From: Eledone cirrhosa
Lineage: Eukaryota
DNA: 64,000 nt
Assembly (NCBI GenBank): GCA_964016885.1
Contig: OZ024743.1
Coordinates: forward strand, 137,392,001-137,456,000
Direction: 5' to 3'
Position numbers and translations under genes: made by a program. A model generated the notes under the pieces. That model had not been told where the DNA came from and did not search any database. It worked only from the letters and a program-made list of their open reading frames with translations. Positions 1 to 14,300 of the stretch are shown here, one piece after another (position 1 is the stretch's first letter; each line of letters begins with the position of its first letter).

Positions 1-3000
1 ACCAAACACCAAGAACCAAGCACCAAACACCAAGCCCCTAGGACCAAGCACCAGGCACCAAGCACCAAGCACCAAACACAAAACACCAAGCACCAAGCAC
101 CAAGCAGCAAACACCAAGCATCAAACACCAAACACCAAACACCAAGCACCAAACACCAAGCACCAAGCACCAAACACCAAACACCAAGCACCAAACACCA
201 AGCACCATACACCAAACACCAAGCAGCAAGCACCAAACACCAAACAACAAGCACCAGGCACCAAGCACCAAACACCAAACACCAAGCACGCAGCATCAAA
301 CACCAAGCACCAAGCACCAAACACCAAGCACCAAGCACCAAGCACAAAGTACCAAACACCAAACACCAAGCACCAAACACCAAACACCAAGCACCAAGCA
401 CCAAGCACGAAACACAAGGCACCAAGCACCAAGCACCAAACACCAAACACCAAGCACCAAACACCAGCCACCAAGCACCAAGCACCAGACACCAAACACC
501 AAGCACTAAGCACCAAACACCAAACAACAAGCAGCAGGCACCAAGCACCAAACACCAAACACCAAACACGCATCACCAAACACCAAGCACCAAGCAACAA
601 GCACCTAAAACCAAGCACCAAGCACCAAGCACCAAACACCAAACACCAAACACCAAGCACCAAGCACCAAACACCAAGCACCAAACACCAAACCCCAAGC
701 ACCAATCACCAAACACTAATCACCAAGCACCAAGCACCAAACACCGAGCACCAAGCAGCAAGCACCAAACACCAAGCACCAAGCACCAAACACCAAACCC
801 CAAGCACCACAGACCAAGCACCAAGCACCAAGGAACAAACACCAAGCACCAAGCACCAAGCACCAAACACCAAGCACCAAGCACCAAACACCCAGCACCA
901 AGCACCAAGCATCAAACACCAAGCACCAAGCACCAAACACCAAACACCAAACACGAATCACCAAGCACTAAACAGCAAGCACCAAACACCAAACACCAAA
1001 CAGCAAACACCAAACAGAAAACACCAAACACCAAACAGAAAAGAGCAAACGCCAAACACCAAACACCAAACACCAAGCACCAAGAACCAAACACCAAACA
1101 CCAAACAGCAGGCACCAAGCACCAAACACCAAGCACGAATCACCAAACACTAATCACCAAGCACCAAGCCCCAAACACCAAGCACCAAGCACCAAGCAGC
1201 AAGCACCAAACACCAAGCACCAAGCACCAAACACCAAGCACCAAACACCAAGCACCAAGCACCAAACACCAAACCCCAAGCACCAAAGACCAAGCACCAA
1301 GCACCAAGGACCAAACACCAAGCACCAAGCACCAAGCACCAAACACCAAGCACCAAGCAGCAAACACCCAGCACCAAGCACCAAGCACCAAACACCAAGC
1401 ACCAAGCACCAAACACCAAACACCAAACACCAAGCATCAAGCACCAAACAGCAAGCACCAAACACCAAGCACCAAACACCAAGTCCCACGCACCAAGCAC
1501 TAAACACCAAACACCAAGCACCAAGCACCAAACACCAAGCACCAAGCACCAAGCCCCTAGCACCAAACACCAAACACCAAGCAAAAAGCACAAAACACCA
1601 AGCACCAATCACCAAGCACCAAACACCAAGCAGCAAGCAGCAAGCACCAAACACGAACGACCAAGCACCAAGCACCAAATACCAAACACCAAGCACCAAG
1701 GACCAAACATCAAACACCAAGCACCAAGCACAAAACGCCTAACACCAAGCACCAAGCACCAAGCACCAAGCACCAAACACCAAGCACCAATCACCAAACA
1801 CCAAGCACCAAGCACCAAACACCAAGCACCAGGCACCAAGCAGCAAACACCAAGCACCAAGCACCAAACACCAAGCACCAAACACAAAGCACCAAGCACC
1901 AAACACCAAACCCCAAGCACCAAACACCAAACCTCAAGCACCAAGCACAAAACACTAATCACCAAGCACCAAGCACCAAACAACAAGCACCAAGCACCAA
2001 GCACCAGGCACCAAGCACCAAGCACCAAACACTAATCACCAAGCACCAAGCACCAAGCACCAAACACCAAGCACCAAGCACCAAGCACAAAACACCAAGC
2101 ACCAAGCACCAAACACCAAACACCAAGCACCAAAGACCAAGCACGAAGCACCAAGCACCAAGCACCAAACAATAAGCACCAAGCACCAAGCACCAAACAC
2201 CAAGCACCAAGCACCAAACACCAACCTCCCAGCACCAAGCACCAAGCACCAAACACCAAGCACCAAACACTAAACACCAAACACCAAGCACCAAGCACCA
2301 AGCACCAAACACCAAGCACTAAGCACCAAACACCAAGCCCCAAGCACCAAGCACCAAACACCAAACACCAAGCACCAAGCACCAAACACCAAGCACCAAG
2401 CACCATGCACCTAGCACCAAACACCAAACACCAAGCACCAAGCACCAAACACCAAGCACCAATCACCAAGCACCAAACACCAAGCAGCAAGCAGCAAGCA
2501 CCAAACACCAAACACCAAGCACCAAGCACCAAACACCAGATATCAAGCACCAAGCACCAAACACCAAACACCAAGCACCAAGCACCAAACACCAAACAAC
2601 AAGCACCAGGCACCAAGCACCAAACACCAAACACCAAGCACCAATCACCAAACACCAAGCACCAAGCACCAAACACCAAGCACCAGGCACCAAGCAGCAA
2701 ACACCAAGCACCAAGCACCAAACACCAAGCACCAAACACAAAGCACCAAGCACCAAACACCAAACCCCAAGCACCAAACACCAAACCTTAAGCACCAAGC
2801 ACAAAACACTAATCACCAAGCACCAAGCACCAAACAACAAGCACCAAGCACCAAGCACCAGGCACCAAGCACCAAGCACCAAACACTAATCACCAAGCAC
2901 CAAGCACCAAGCACCAAACCCCAAGCACTAAGCACCAAGCACAAAACACCAAGCACCAAGCACCAAACACCAAACACCAAGCACCAAAGACCAAGCACCA

Positions 3001-5780
3001 AACACTAAACACCAAACACCAAGCACCAAACACTAAACACCAAACACCAAGCACCAAGCACCAAGCACCAAACACCAAGCACCAAGCACTAAGCACCAAA
3101 CACCAAGCCCCAAGCACCAAGCACCAAACACCAAACACCAAGCACCAAGCACCAAACACCAAGCACCAAGCACCATGCACCTAGCACCAAACACCAAACA
3201 CCAAGCACCAAGCACCAAACACCAAGCACCAATCACCAAGCACCAAACACCAAGCAGCAAGCAGCAAGCACCAAACACCAAGCACCAAGGACCAAACATC
3301 AAACACCAAGCACCAAGCACCAAACACCTAACACCAAGCACCAAGCACCAAGCACCAAGCACCAAGCACCGAACACCAAGCACATAACACCAAGCACCAA
3401 ACACCAAGCACCAAGCACCAAACACCAAGCACCAAACACCAAGCAGCAAGCACCAAGCACCAAACACCAAGCACCAGGCACCAAGCACCAAACACCAAGC
3501 ACCATGCACCAAGCACCAAGCCCCAAACACTTAACACCAAGCACCAAGCACCAAAAACCAAACACCAAGCACCAAGTACCAAACACCAAGCACCAAGCAC
3601 CAATCACCATACACCAAGCACCAAGCACCAAGCACCAGGCACCAAGCACCAAGCACCAAACACAAAACACCAAGCACCAAGCACCAAGCAGCAAACACCA
3701 AGCATCAAACACCAAACACCAAACACCAAGCACCAAACACCAAGCACCAAGCACCAAACACCAAACACCAAGCACCAAGCACCAAGCACCAAACAACAAA
3801 CACCAAGCACCAAACACCAGATATCAAGCACCAAGCACCAAACACCAAACACCAAGCACCAAGCACCAAACACCAAACAACAAGCACCAGGCACCAACCA
3901 CCAAACACCAAACACCAAGCACCAAGCACCAAACACCAAACACCAAGCACGCAGCATCAAACACCAAGCACCAAGCACCAAGCACCAAACACCAAGCACC
4001 AAGCACCAAACACCAAGCACCAAACACAAAGCACCATGCACCAAACACCAAGCACCAAGCACCAAACACCAAGCACCAAGCACCAAACACCAAAGCACAA
4101 GCACCAAACACCAAACCACAAGCACCAAGCACCAAACACTAATCACCAAGCACCAAGCACCAAACAACGAGCACCAAGCACCAAGCACCAGGCACCAAGC
4201 ACCAAGCACCAAACACTAATCACCAAGCACCAAGCACCAAGCACCAAACACTATGCACCAAGCACCAAGCACCAAAAACCAAGCACCAAGCACCAAACAC
4301 CAAACACCAAGATCCAAAGACCAAGCACCAAGCACCAAGCACCAACCACCCAGCACCAAGCACCAAGCACCAAACACCAAGCACCAAACACCAAACACCA
4401 AGCACCAAGCACCAAGCACCAAGCACCAAGCACCAAGCACCAAGCACCAAACACCAAGCACCAAGCACTAAGCACCAAACACAAAGCCCCAAGTACCAAG
4501 CACCAAACACCAAACACCAAGCACCAAGCACCAATCACCAAACACCAAGAACCAAGCACCAAACACCAAGCCCCTAGGACCAAGCACCAGGCACCAAGCA
4601 CCAAGCACCAAACACAAAACACCAAGCACCAAGCACCAAGCAGCAAACACCAAGCATCAAACACCAAACACCAAACACCAAGCACCAAACACCAAGCACC
4701 AAGCACCAAACACCAAACACCAAGCACCAAGCACCAAGCACCAAACACCAAACACCAAGCACCATACACCAAACACCAAGCAGCAAGCACCAAACACCAA
4801 ACAACAAGCACCAGGCACCAAGCACCAAACACCAAACACCAAGCACGCAGCATCAAACACCAAGCACCAAGCACCAAACACCAATCACCAAGCACCAAGC
4901 ACAAAGTACCAAGCACCAAGCACCAAACACCAAACACCAAGCACCATACACCAAACACCAAGCAGCAAGCACCAAACACCAAACAACAAGCACCAGGCAC
5001 CAAGCACCAAACACCAAACACCAAGCACGCAGCATCAAACACCAAGCACCAAGCACCAAACACCAGCCACCAAGCACCAAGCACCAGACACCAAACACCA
5101 AGCACTAAGCACCAAACACCAAACAACAAGCACCAGGCACCAAGCACCAAACACCAAACACCAAACACGCATCACCAAACACCAAGCACCAAGCAACAAG
5201 CACCTAAAACCAAGCACCAAGCACCAAGCACCAAACACCAAACACCAAACACCAAGCACCAAGCACCAAACACCAAGCACCAAACACCAAACCCCAAGCA
5301 CCAATCACCAAACACTAATCACCAAGCACCAAGCACCAAACACCGAGCACCAAGCAGCAAGCACCAAACACCAAGCACCAAGCACCAAACACCAAACCCC
5401 AAGCACCACAGACCAAGCACCAAGCACCAAGGAACAAACACCAAGCACCAAGCACCAAGCACCAAACACCAAGCACCAAGCACCAAACACCCAGCACCAA
5501 GCACCAAGCATCAAACACCAAGCACCAAGCACCAAACACCAAACACCAAACACGAATCACCAAGCACTAAACAGCAAGCACCAAACACCAAACACCAAAC
5601 AGCAAACACCAAACAGAAAACACCAAACACCAAACAGAAAAGAGCAAACGCCAAACACCAAACACCAAACACCAAGCACCAAGAACCAAACACCAAACAC
5701 CAAACAGCAGGCACCAAGCACCAAACACCAAGCACGAATCACCAAACACTAATCACCAAGCACCAAGCCCCAAACACCAA
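1..5780. repeat. Left-arm segmental duplication: ~1-1200 repeated at ~4540-5780 (offset 4599 = 657 heptamers over most of it)
   Basis: Identical ORF pairs at 706/5305, 716/5315, 912/5511 and 958/5557. The rare landmark CAGAAAAGAGCAAACGCC occurs at ~1036 and ~5635. Confidence 0.85.
1600..3260. repeat. Local higher-order duplications of 854 bp and 770 bp
   Basis: Near-identical ORFs 1609..2028 and 2463..2882 (offset 854 = 122x7). Landmark CCATGCACCTAGC at ~2403 and ~3173 (offset 770 = 110x7). Confidence 0.75.
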
Positions 5781-6379
5781 GCACCAAGCAGCAAGCACCA
5801 AACACCAAGCACCAAGCACCAAACACCAAGCACCAAACACCAAGCACCAAGCACCAAACACCAAACCCCAAGCACCAAAGACCAAGCACCAAGCACCAAG
5901 GACCAAACACCAAGCACCAAGCACCAAGCACCAAACACCAAGCACCAAGCAGCAAACACCCAGCACCAAGCACCAAGCACCAAACACCAAGCACCAAGCA
6001 CCAAACACCAAACACCAAACACCAAGCATCAAGCACCAAGCACCAAACACCAAACACCAAACACCAAGCACCAAGCACCAAACACCAAATACCAAGCACC
6101 AAGCACTAAACACCAAACACCAAGCACCAAGCACCAAACACCAAGCACCAAGCACCAAGCCCCTAGCACCAAACACCAAACACCAAACACAAAACACCAA
6201 GTACCAATCACCAAGCACCAAACACCAAGCAGCAAGCAGCAAGCACCAAACACGAACGACCAAGCACCAAGCACCAAATACCAAACACCAAGCACCAAGG
6301 ACCAAACATCAAACACCAAACACCAAGAACCAAGCACCAAACACCAAGCACCAAGCACCAAGCACAAAACACCAAGCAC

Positions 6380-9300
6380 CAAGCGCTAAACATAAAACAC
6401 TAAGCACCAAGCACCAAGCACCAAGCACCAAACACCAAACATCAAACACCAATCACCAAACATCAAACAGCAAACACCAAACACCAAACACCAAACATCA
6501 AACAACAAATGCCAAACATCAAACGCCAAACACCAAACACCAAATACAAACACCAAACCGCAAACACCAAACACCAAACAGGAAACACCAAACACCAAAC
6601 AGCGAACAGCAAACAGCAAACACCAAACACCAAGCACCAAGCACCAAGCACAAAACACCAAGCACCAAGCGCCAAACACCAAACACCAAGCACCAAGCAC
6701 CAAACACCAAGCACCAAACACCAAACACCAAGCACCAAGCGCCAAACACCAAATACCAAGCACCAAGCACTAAACACCAAACACCAAGCACCAAGCACCA
6801 AGCACCAAACACCAAGTACCAAGCACCAAGCACCAAGCACCAAGCACCAAACACAAAACACCAAGTACCAAGCACCAAGCACCAAACACCAAACACCAAA
6901 CACCAAGCACCAAGCACCAAACACCAAATACCAAGCTCCAAGCACCAAACACCAAATACCAAGCACCAAGCAACAAACACCAATCACCAAGCACCAAGCA
7001 CCAAACCCCAAGCACCAAACACCAAGCACCAATCACCATACACCAAACACCAAGAACCAAGCACCAAACACCAAGCACCAAGCACCAAGCACAAAACACC
7101 AAGCACCAAGCGCTAAACATAAAACACTAAGCACCAAGCACCAAGCACCAAGCACCAAACACCAAACATCAAATACCAATCACCAAACATCAAACAGCAA
7201 ACACCAAACACCAAACACCAAATAGCAAACACCAAACCGCAAACACCAAACACCAAACAGGAAACACCAAACACCAAACAGCGAACACCAAACAGCAAAC
7301 ACCAAACACCAAGCACCAAGCACCAAGCACAAAACACCAAGCACCAAGTGCCAAACACCAAACACCAAGCACCAAGCACCAAACACCAAGCACCAAGCAC
7401 CAAACATCAAGCACCAAGCACCAAGCACCAAACACAAAACACCAAGTACCAAGCACCAAGCACCAAACACCAAACACCAAACACCAAGCACCAAGCACCA
7501 AACACCAAACACCAAGCACCAAGCACCAGACACCAAGCACCAAGCACCAAGCACCAATCACCAAACACCAAGCACGAAGCACCAAACACCAAACACCAAG
7601 CACGAAGCACCAAACACCAAACACCAAGCACCAAGCACCAAGCACCAAACACCAAGTACCAAGCACCAAGCACCAAACACCAAACACCAAACACCAAGCA
7701 CCAAGCACCAAACACCAAACACCAAGCACCAAGCACCAGACACCAAGCACCAAACACCAAGCACGAAGCACCAAATACCAAACACCAAGCACCAAGCACC
7801 AAACACCAAACACCAAGCACCAAGCACCAAACACCAAATACCAAGCACCAAGCACCAAGCACCAAACACCAAGCACCAAGCACCAAGCACCAAACACCAA
7901 GCACCAAATACCAAGCACCAGACACGAAGCACCAATCACCAAATACCAAACACCAAGCACCATGCACCAAACACCAAACACCAAACACCAGGCACCAAGC
8001 ACCAATCACCAAGCACCAAGCAAAAAACACAAAGCACCAAGCACCAAGCACCAAACACCAAATACCAAACACCAGGCACCAAGCACCAAGCAGCAAGCAC
8101 CAAGCACCAAGCACCAAGCATCAAACACCAAACACCAAGCACTAAGCACCAAACACCAAACACCAAGCACAAAGCACCAAAGAGCAAAAACAAAGCACCA
8201 AGCACCAAACACCAAACACCAAACACCAAACACCAAACAGCAAACACCAAACAGCAAACACCAAACAGCAAACAGCAAACACCAAACACCAAACACCAAG
8301 CACCAAGTACCAAGCACCAAACAACAACACCAAGCACCAAGCACCAAACACCAAGCACCAAGCACCAAACACCAAACACCAAGCTCCAAGCACCAAACAC
8401 CAAACACCAAGCACCAAGCAGCAAACACCAATCACCAAGCACCAAGCACCAAACAACAAGCACCAAACACCAAGCACCAATCACCAAACACCAAACACCA
8501 AGAACCAAGCACCAAACACAAAACACCAAGCACCAAGCACCAAACACCAAGCACCAAGCACCAAGCACCAAACACCAAACACCAAACACCAAGCACCTAG
8601 CACCAAACACCAAGCACCAAGCACCAAGCAACAAACACCAAGCACCAAGCACCAAACACCAAGCACCAAGCACGAAACACCAAGCACCAAGCACCGAGCA
8701 CCAAACACCAAGTACCAAGCACCAATCACCAAACACCAAGCACCAAGCACCAAACACCAAACACCAAACACCTAGCACCAAGCACCAAACACCAAACACC
8801 AAGAACCAAGCACCAAATACCAAATACCAAGCACCAAGCACTAAACACCAAACACCAAGCACCAAGCACCAAGCATCAAGCACCAAGCACCAAACACCAA
8901 GCACCAAGCACCAAGCACCAAGCACCAAACACAAAACACCAAGTACCAAGCACCGAGCACCAAACACCAAACACCAAACACCAAGCACCAAGCACCAAAC
9001 ACCAAATACCAAGCTCCAAGCACCAAACACCAAATACCAAGCACCAAGCAACAAACACCAATCACCAAGCACCAAGCACCAAACCCCAAGCACCAAACAC
9101 CAAGCACCAATCACCAAACACCAAACACCAAGAACCAAGCACCAAACACCAAGCACCAAGCACCAAGCACAAAACACCAAGCACCAAGCGCTAAACAAAA
9201 AACACTAAGCACCAAGCACCAAGCACCAAGCACCAAACACCAAACATCAAACACCAATCACCAAACATCAAACAGCAAACACCAAACACCAAACACCAAA

Positions 9301-12300
9301 CACCAAACATCAAACACCAAACAGCAAACAACAAACAACAAATGCCAAACATCAAACGCCAAACACCAAACACCAAATAGCAAACACCAAACCGCAAACA
9401 CCAAACACCAAACAGGAAACACCAAACACCAAACAGCGAACACCAAACAGCAAACACCAAACACCAAGCACCAAGCACCAAGCACAAAACACCAAGCACC
9501 AAGCGCCAAACACCAAACACCAAGCACCAAGCACCAAACACCAAGCACCAAACACCAAACACCAATCACCAAGCGCCAAACACCAAATACCAAGCACCAA
9601 GCACTAAACACCAAACACCAAGCACCAAGCACCAAGCATCAAGCACCAAGCACCAAACACCAAGCACCAAGCACCAAGCACCAAGCACCAAACACAAAAC
9701 ACCAAGTACCAAGCACCAAGCACCAAACACCAAACACCAAACACCAAACACCAAGCACCAAACACCAAACACCAAGCACCCAGCACCAGACACCAAGCAC
9801 CAAGCACCAAGCACCAATCACCAAACACCAAGCACGAAGCACCAAACACCAAACACCAAGCACCAAGCACCAAACACCAATCACCAAGCACCAAGCACCA
9901 AACACCAAATACCAAGCACCGAGCACCAAGCACCAAGCACCAAACACCAAGCACCAAGCACCAAGCACCAAACACCAAGCATCAGACACGAAGCACCAAG
10001 CACCAAGCACCAAGCATCAAGCACCAAATACCAAACACCAAGCACCAAGCACCACACATCAAACACCAAGCACCAAGCAGCAAACACCAAACACCAAACA
10101 CCAAACAGCAAACACCAAACAGCAAACACCAAACAGCAAACAGCAAACACCAAACACCAAACACCAAGCACCAAGCACCAAGCACCAAACAACAACACCA
10201 AGCACCAAGCACCAAACACCAAGCACCAAGCACCAAATACCAAACACCAAGCTCCAAGCACCAAACACCAAGCACCAAGCACCAAACACCAATCACCAAG
10301 CACCAAGCACGAAACCCAAAGCACCAAACACCAAGCACCAATCACCAAACACCAAACACCAAGAACCAAGCACCAAACACAAAACACCAAGCACCAAGCA
10401 CCAAACACCAAGCACCAAGCACCAAGCACCAAACACCAAGCACCAAGTACCAAACACCAAACACCAAGCACCAAGCACCAAACACCAAACACCAAGCACC
10501 AAGCACCAAACACTAAACACCAGGCTCCAAGCACAAAACACCAAGCACCAAGCACCAAGCACCAAACACCAAACACCAAACACCAAGCACCGAGCACCAA
10601 ACACCAAGCACCAAGCACCAAGCACCAAACACCAAACACCAAGCACCAAGCACCAAACACCAAACACCAAGCCCAAAGCACCAAAGAGCAAAAGCAAAAC
10701 ACCAAGCACCAAACACCAAACACCAAGCACCAAACACCAAACAGCCAACACCAAACAGCAAACACCAAACACCAAATAGCAAAAACCAAAGAGCAAACTC
10801 CAAACACCAAACAGCAAACACAAAACACCAAACAGCAAACACCAAACAGCAAACTCCAAACACCAAACACCAAGCACCAAGCACCAAATACCAAGCACCA
10901 AACACCAAGCACCAATCACCAAACACCAAACACCAAGCACCAAGCACCAAACACCAAAAACCAAGCACCAAGCACCAAGCACCAAACACCATACGCCAAA
11001 CACCAAACACCAAGCACCAAGCACCAAACACCAAGCACCAAGCGCCAAAGACCAAACACCAAGCACCAAGCACGAAACACCAAGCACCAAGCACCGAGCA
11101 CCAAACACCAAGTACCAAGCACCAATCACCAAACCCCAAGCACCAAGCACCAAACACCAAACACCAAACACCAAGAACCAAGCACCAAACACCAAATACC
11201 AAGCACCAAGCACTAAACACCAAACACCAAGCATCATGCACCAAGCATCAAGCACCAAGCACCAAACACCAAGCACCAAGCACCAAGCACCAAGCACCAA
11301 ACACAAAACACCAAGTACCAAGCACCAAGCACCAAACACCAAACACCAAACACCAAGCACCAAGCACCAAACACCAAACACCAAGCACCAAGCACCAGAC
11401 ACCAAGCACCAAGCACCAAGGACCAAACACCAAACACCAAACACCAAACACCAGGCACAAAGCACCAAACACCAAGCACCAAGCACCAAAAACCAAAGAC
11501 CAAGCACAAAGCACCAAAGAGCAAACACCAAACAGCAAACACCAAACACCAAACACCAAACAGCAAACACCAGACAGCAAACACCAAACACCAAATAGCA
11601 AACACCAAAGGGCAAACTCCAAACACCAAACAGCAAACACAAAACACCAAACAGCAAACAACAAACAGCAAACACCAAAGAGCAAACAGCAAACACCAAA
11701 CACCAAACACCAAGCACGAAGCACCAAGCACCAAACACCAACACCAAGCACCAAGCACCAAACACCAAGCACCAAGCACCAAACACCAAACACCAAGCTC
11801 CAAGCACCAAACACCAAACACCAAGCACCAAGCACCAAACACCAATCACCAAGCACCAAGCACCAAACCCCAAGCACCAAACACCAAGCACAAAACACCA
11901 AGCACCAAGCACCAAACACCAAACATCAAACACCAATCACCAAACATCAAACAGCAAACACCAAACACCAAACACCAAACATCAAACACCAAACAGCAAA
12001 CAACAAACAACAAACGCCAAACATCAAACGCCAAACACCAAACACCAAATAGCAAACACCAAACCGCAAACACCAAACACCAAACAGCAAACACCAAACA
12101 CCAAACAGCGAACACCAAACAGCAAACACCAAACAGCAAACAGCAAGCAACAAACACCAAACACCAAACACCAAGCACCAAACTCCAAGCACCAAGCACC
12201 AAGCACCAAGCACAAAACACCAAGCACCAAGCGCTAAACATAAAACACTAAGCACCAAGCACCAAGCACCAAGCACCAAACACCAAACATCAAACACCAA

Positions 12301-12750
12301 TCACCAAACATCAAACAGCAAACACCAAACACCAAACACCAAACATCAAACACCAAATAGCAAACAACAAACAACAAACGCCAAACATCAAACGCCAAAC
12401 ACCAAACACCATACATCAAACACCAAGCACCAAGCGCTAAACATAAAACACTAAGCACCAAGCACCAAGCACCAGGCACCAAACACCAAACATCAAACAC
12501 CAATCACCAAACATCAAACAGCAAACACCAAACACCAAACACCAAACATCAAACACCAAACAGCAAACAACAAACAACAAACGCCAAACATCAAACGCCA
12601 AACACCAAACACCAAATAGCAAACACCAAACCGCAAACACCAAACACCAAACAGCAAACACCAAACACCAAACAGCGAACACCAAACAGCAAACACCAAA
12701 CAGCAAACAGCAAGCAACAAACACCAAACACCAAACACCAAGCACCAAAC
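6380..12750. repeat. Left-arm sub-domain rich in CAGCAAA/CATCAAA/CAACAAA variants, with its own higher-order structure
   Basis: Landmark GCGCTAAACA(T/A)AAAACACTAAG at 6383, 7110, 9188, 12231 and 12434. ORF ends at 7120/9198, 7032/9110 and 6983/9061 give offset 2078. Confidence 0.75.
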
Positions 12751-12769
12751 ACTAATCACCAAGCACCAA

Positions 12770-14300
12770 GCCCCAAACACTTAACACCAAGCACCAAGCA
12801 CCAAGCACCAAACACCAATCACCAAAAACCAAACACCAAGCACCAAGTACCAAACACCAAGCACCAAGCACCAAACACCAAGCACCAAGCACCAATCACC
12901 AAACACCAAGAACCAAGCGCCATCCATCAATCACCAAGCACCAAGCACCAGGCACCAAGCACCAAGCACCAAACACAAAACACCATGCACCAAGCAGCAA
13001 GCAGCAAACACCAAGCATCAAACACCAAACACCAAACACCAAGCACCAAACACCAAGCACCAAGCACCAAACACCAAACACCAAGCACCAAGCACCAAGC
13101 ACCAAACAACAAACAGCAAGCACCAAACACCAGATATCAAGCACCAAGCACCAAACACCAAACACCAAGCACCAGGCACCAAGCACCAAACACCAAACAC
13201 CAAGCACCAAGCACCAAACACCAAACACCAAGCACGCAGCATCAAACACCAAGCACCAAGCACCAAGCACCAAACACCAGGCACCATATACCAAACACCA
13301 AGCACCAAACACAAAGCACCAAGCACCAAACACCAAGCACCAAGCACCAAACACCAAGCACCAAGCACCAAACACCAAACCACAAGCACCAAACACCAAA
13401 CCACCAGCACCAAGCACCAAACACTAATCACCAAGCACCAAGCACCAAACAACAAGCACCAAGCACCAAGCACCAGGCACCAAGCACCAAGCACCAAACA
13501 CTAATCACCAAGCACCAAGCACCAAGCACCAAACACCATGCACCAAGCACCAAGCACCAAAAACCAAGCACCAAGCACCAAACACCAAACACCAAGATCC
13601 AAAGACCAAGCACCAAGCACCAAGAACCAACCACCCAGCACCAAGCACCAAGCACCAAACACCAAGCACCAAACACCAAACACCAAGCACCAAGCACCAA
13701 GCACCAAGCACCAAGCACCAAACACCAAGCACCAAGCACTAAGCACCAAACACCAAGCCCCAAGTACCAAGCACCAAACACCAAACACCAAGCACCAAGC
13801 ACCAATCACCAAACACCAAGAACCAAGCACCAAACACCAAACCCCTAGGACCAAGCACCAGGCACCAAGCACCAAGCACCAAACACAAAACACCAAGCAC
13901 CAAGCACCAAGCAGCAAACACCAAGCATCAAACACCAAACACCAAACACCAAGCACCAGGCACCAAGCACCAAGCACCAAACACCAAACACCAAGCACCA
14001 AGCACCAAGCACCAAACACCAAACACCAAGCACCATACACCAAACACCAAGCACCAAGCACCAAACACCAAACAACAAGCACCAGGCACCAAGCACCAAA
14101 CACCAAACACCAAGCATGCAGCATTAAACACCAAGCACCAAGCACCAAACACCAAGCACCAAGCACCAAGCACCAAGTACCAAACACCAAACACCAAGCA
14201 CCAAGCACCAAGCACGAAACACCAGGCACCAAGCACCAAGCACCAAACACCAAACACCAAGCACCAAACACCAGCCACCAAGCACCAAGCACCAAACACT
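12770..14300. repeat. Diverged copy of ~3520-5050 (offset ~9.27-9.31 kb)
   Basis: Shared rare landmarks: CCAGATATCAAG (GATATC at 3820/13133), GATCCAAAGACC (~4311/~13596) and CCCTAGGACC (~4572/~13843). ORF pairs 4468/13739 and 4574/13845. Confidence 0.8.
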
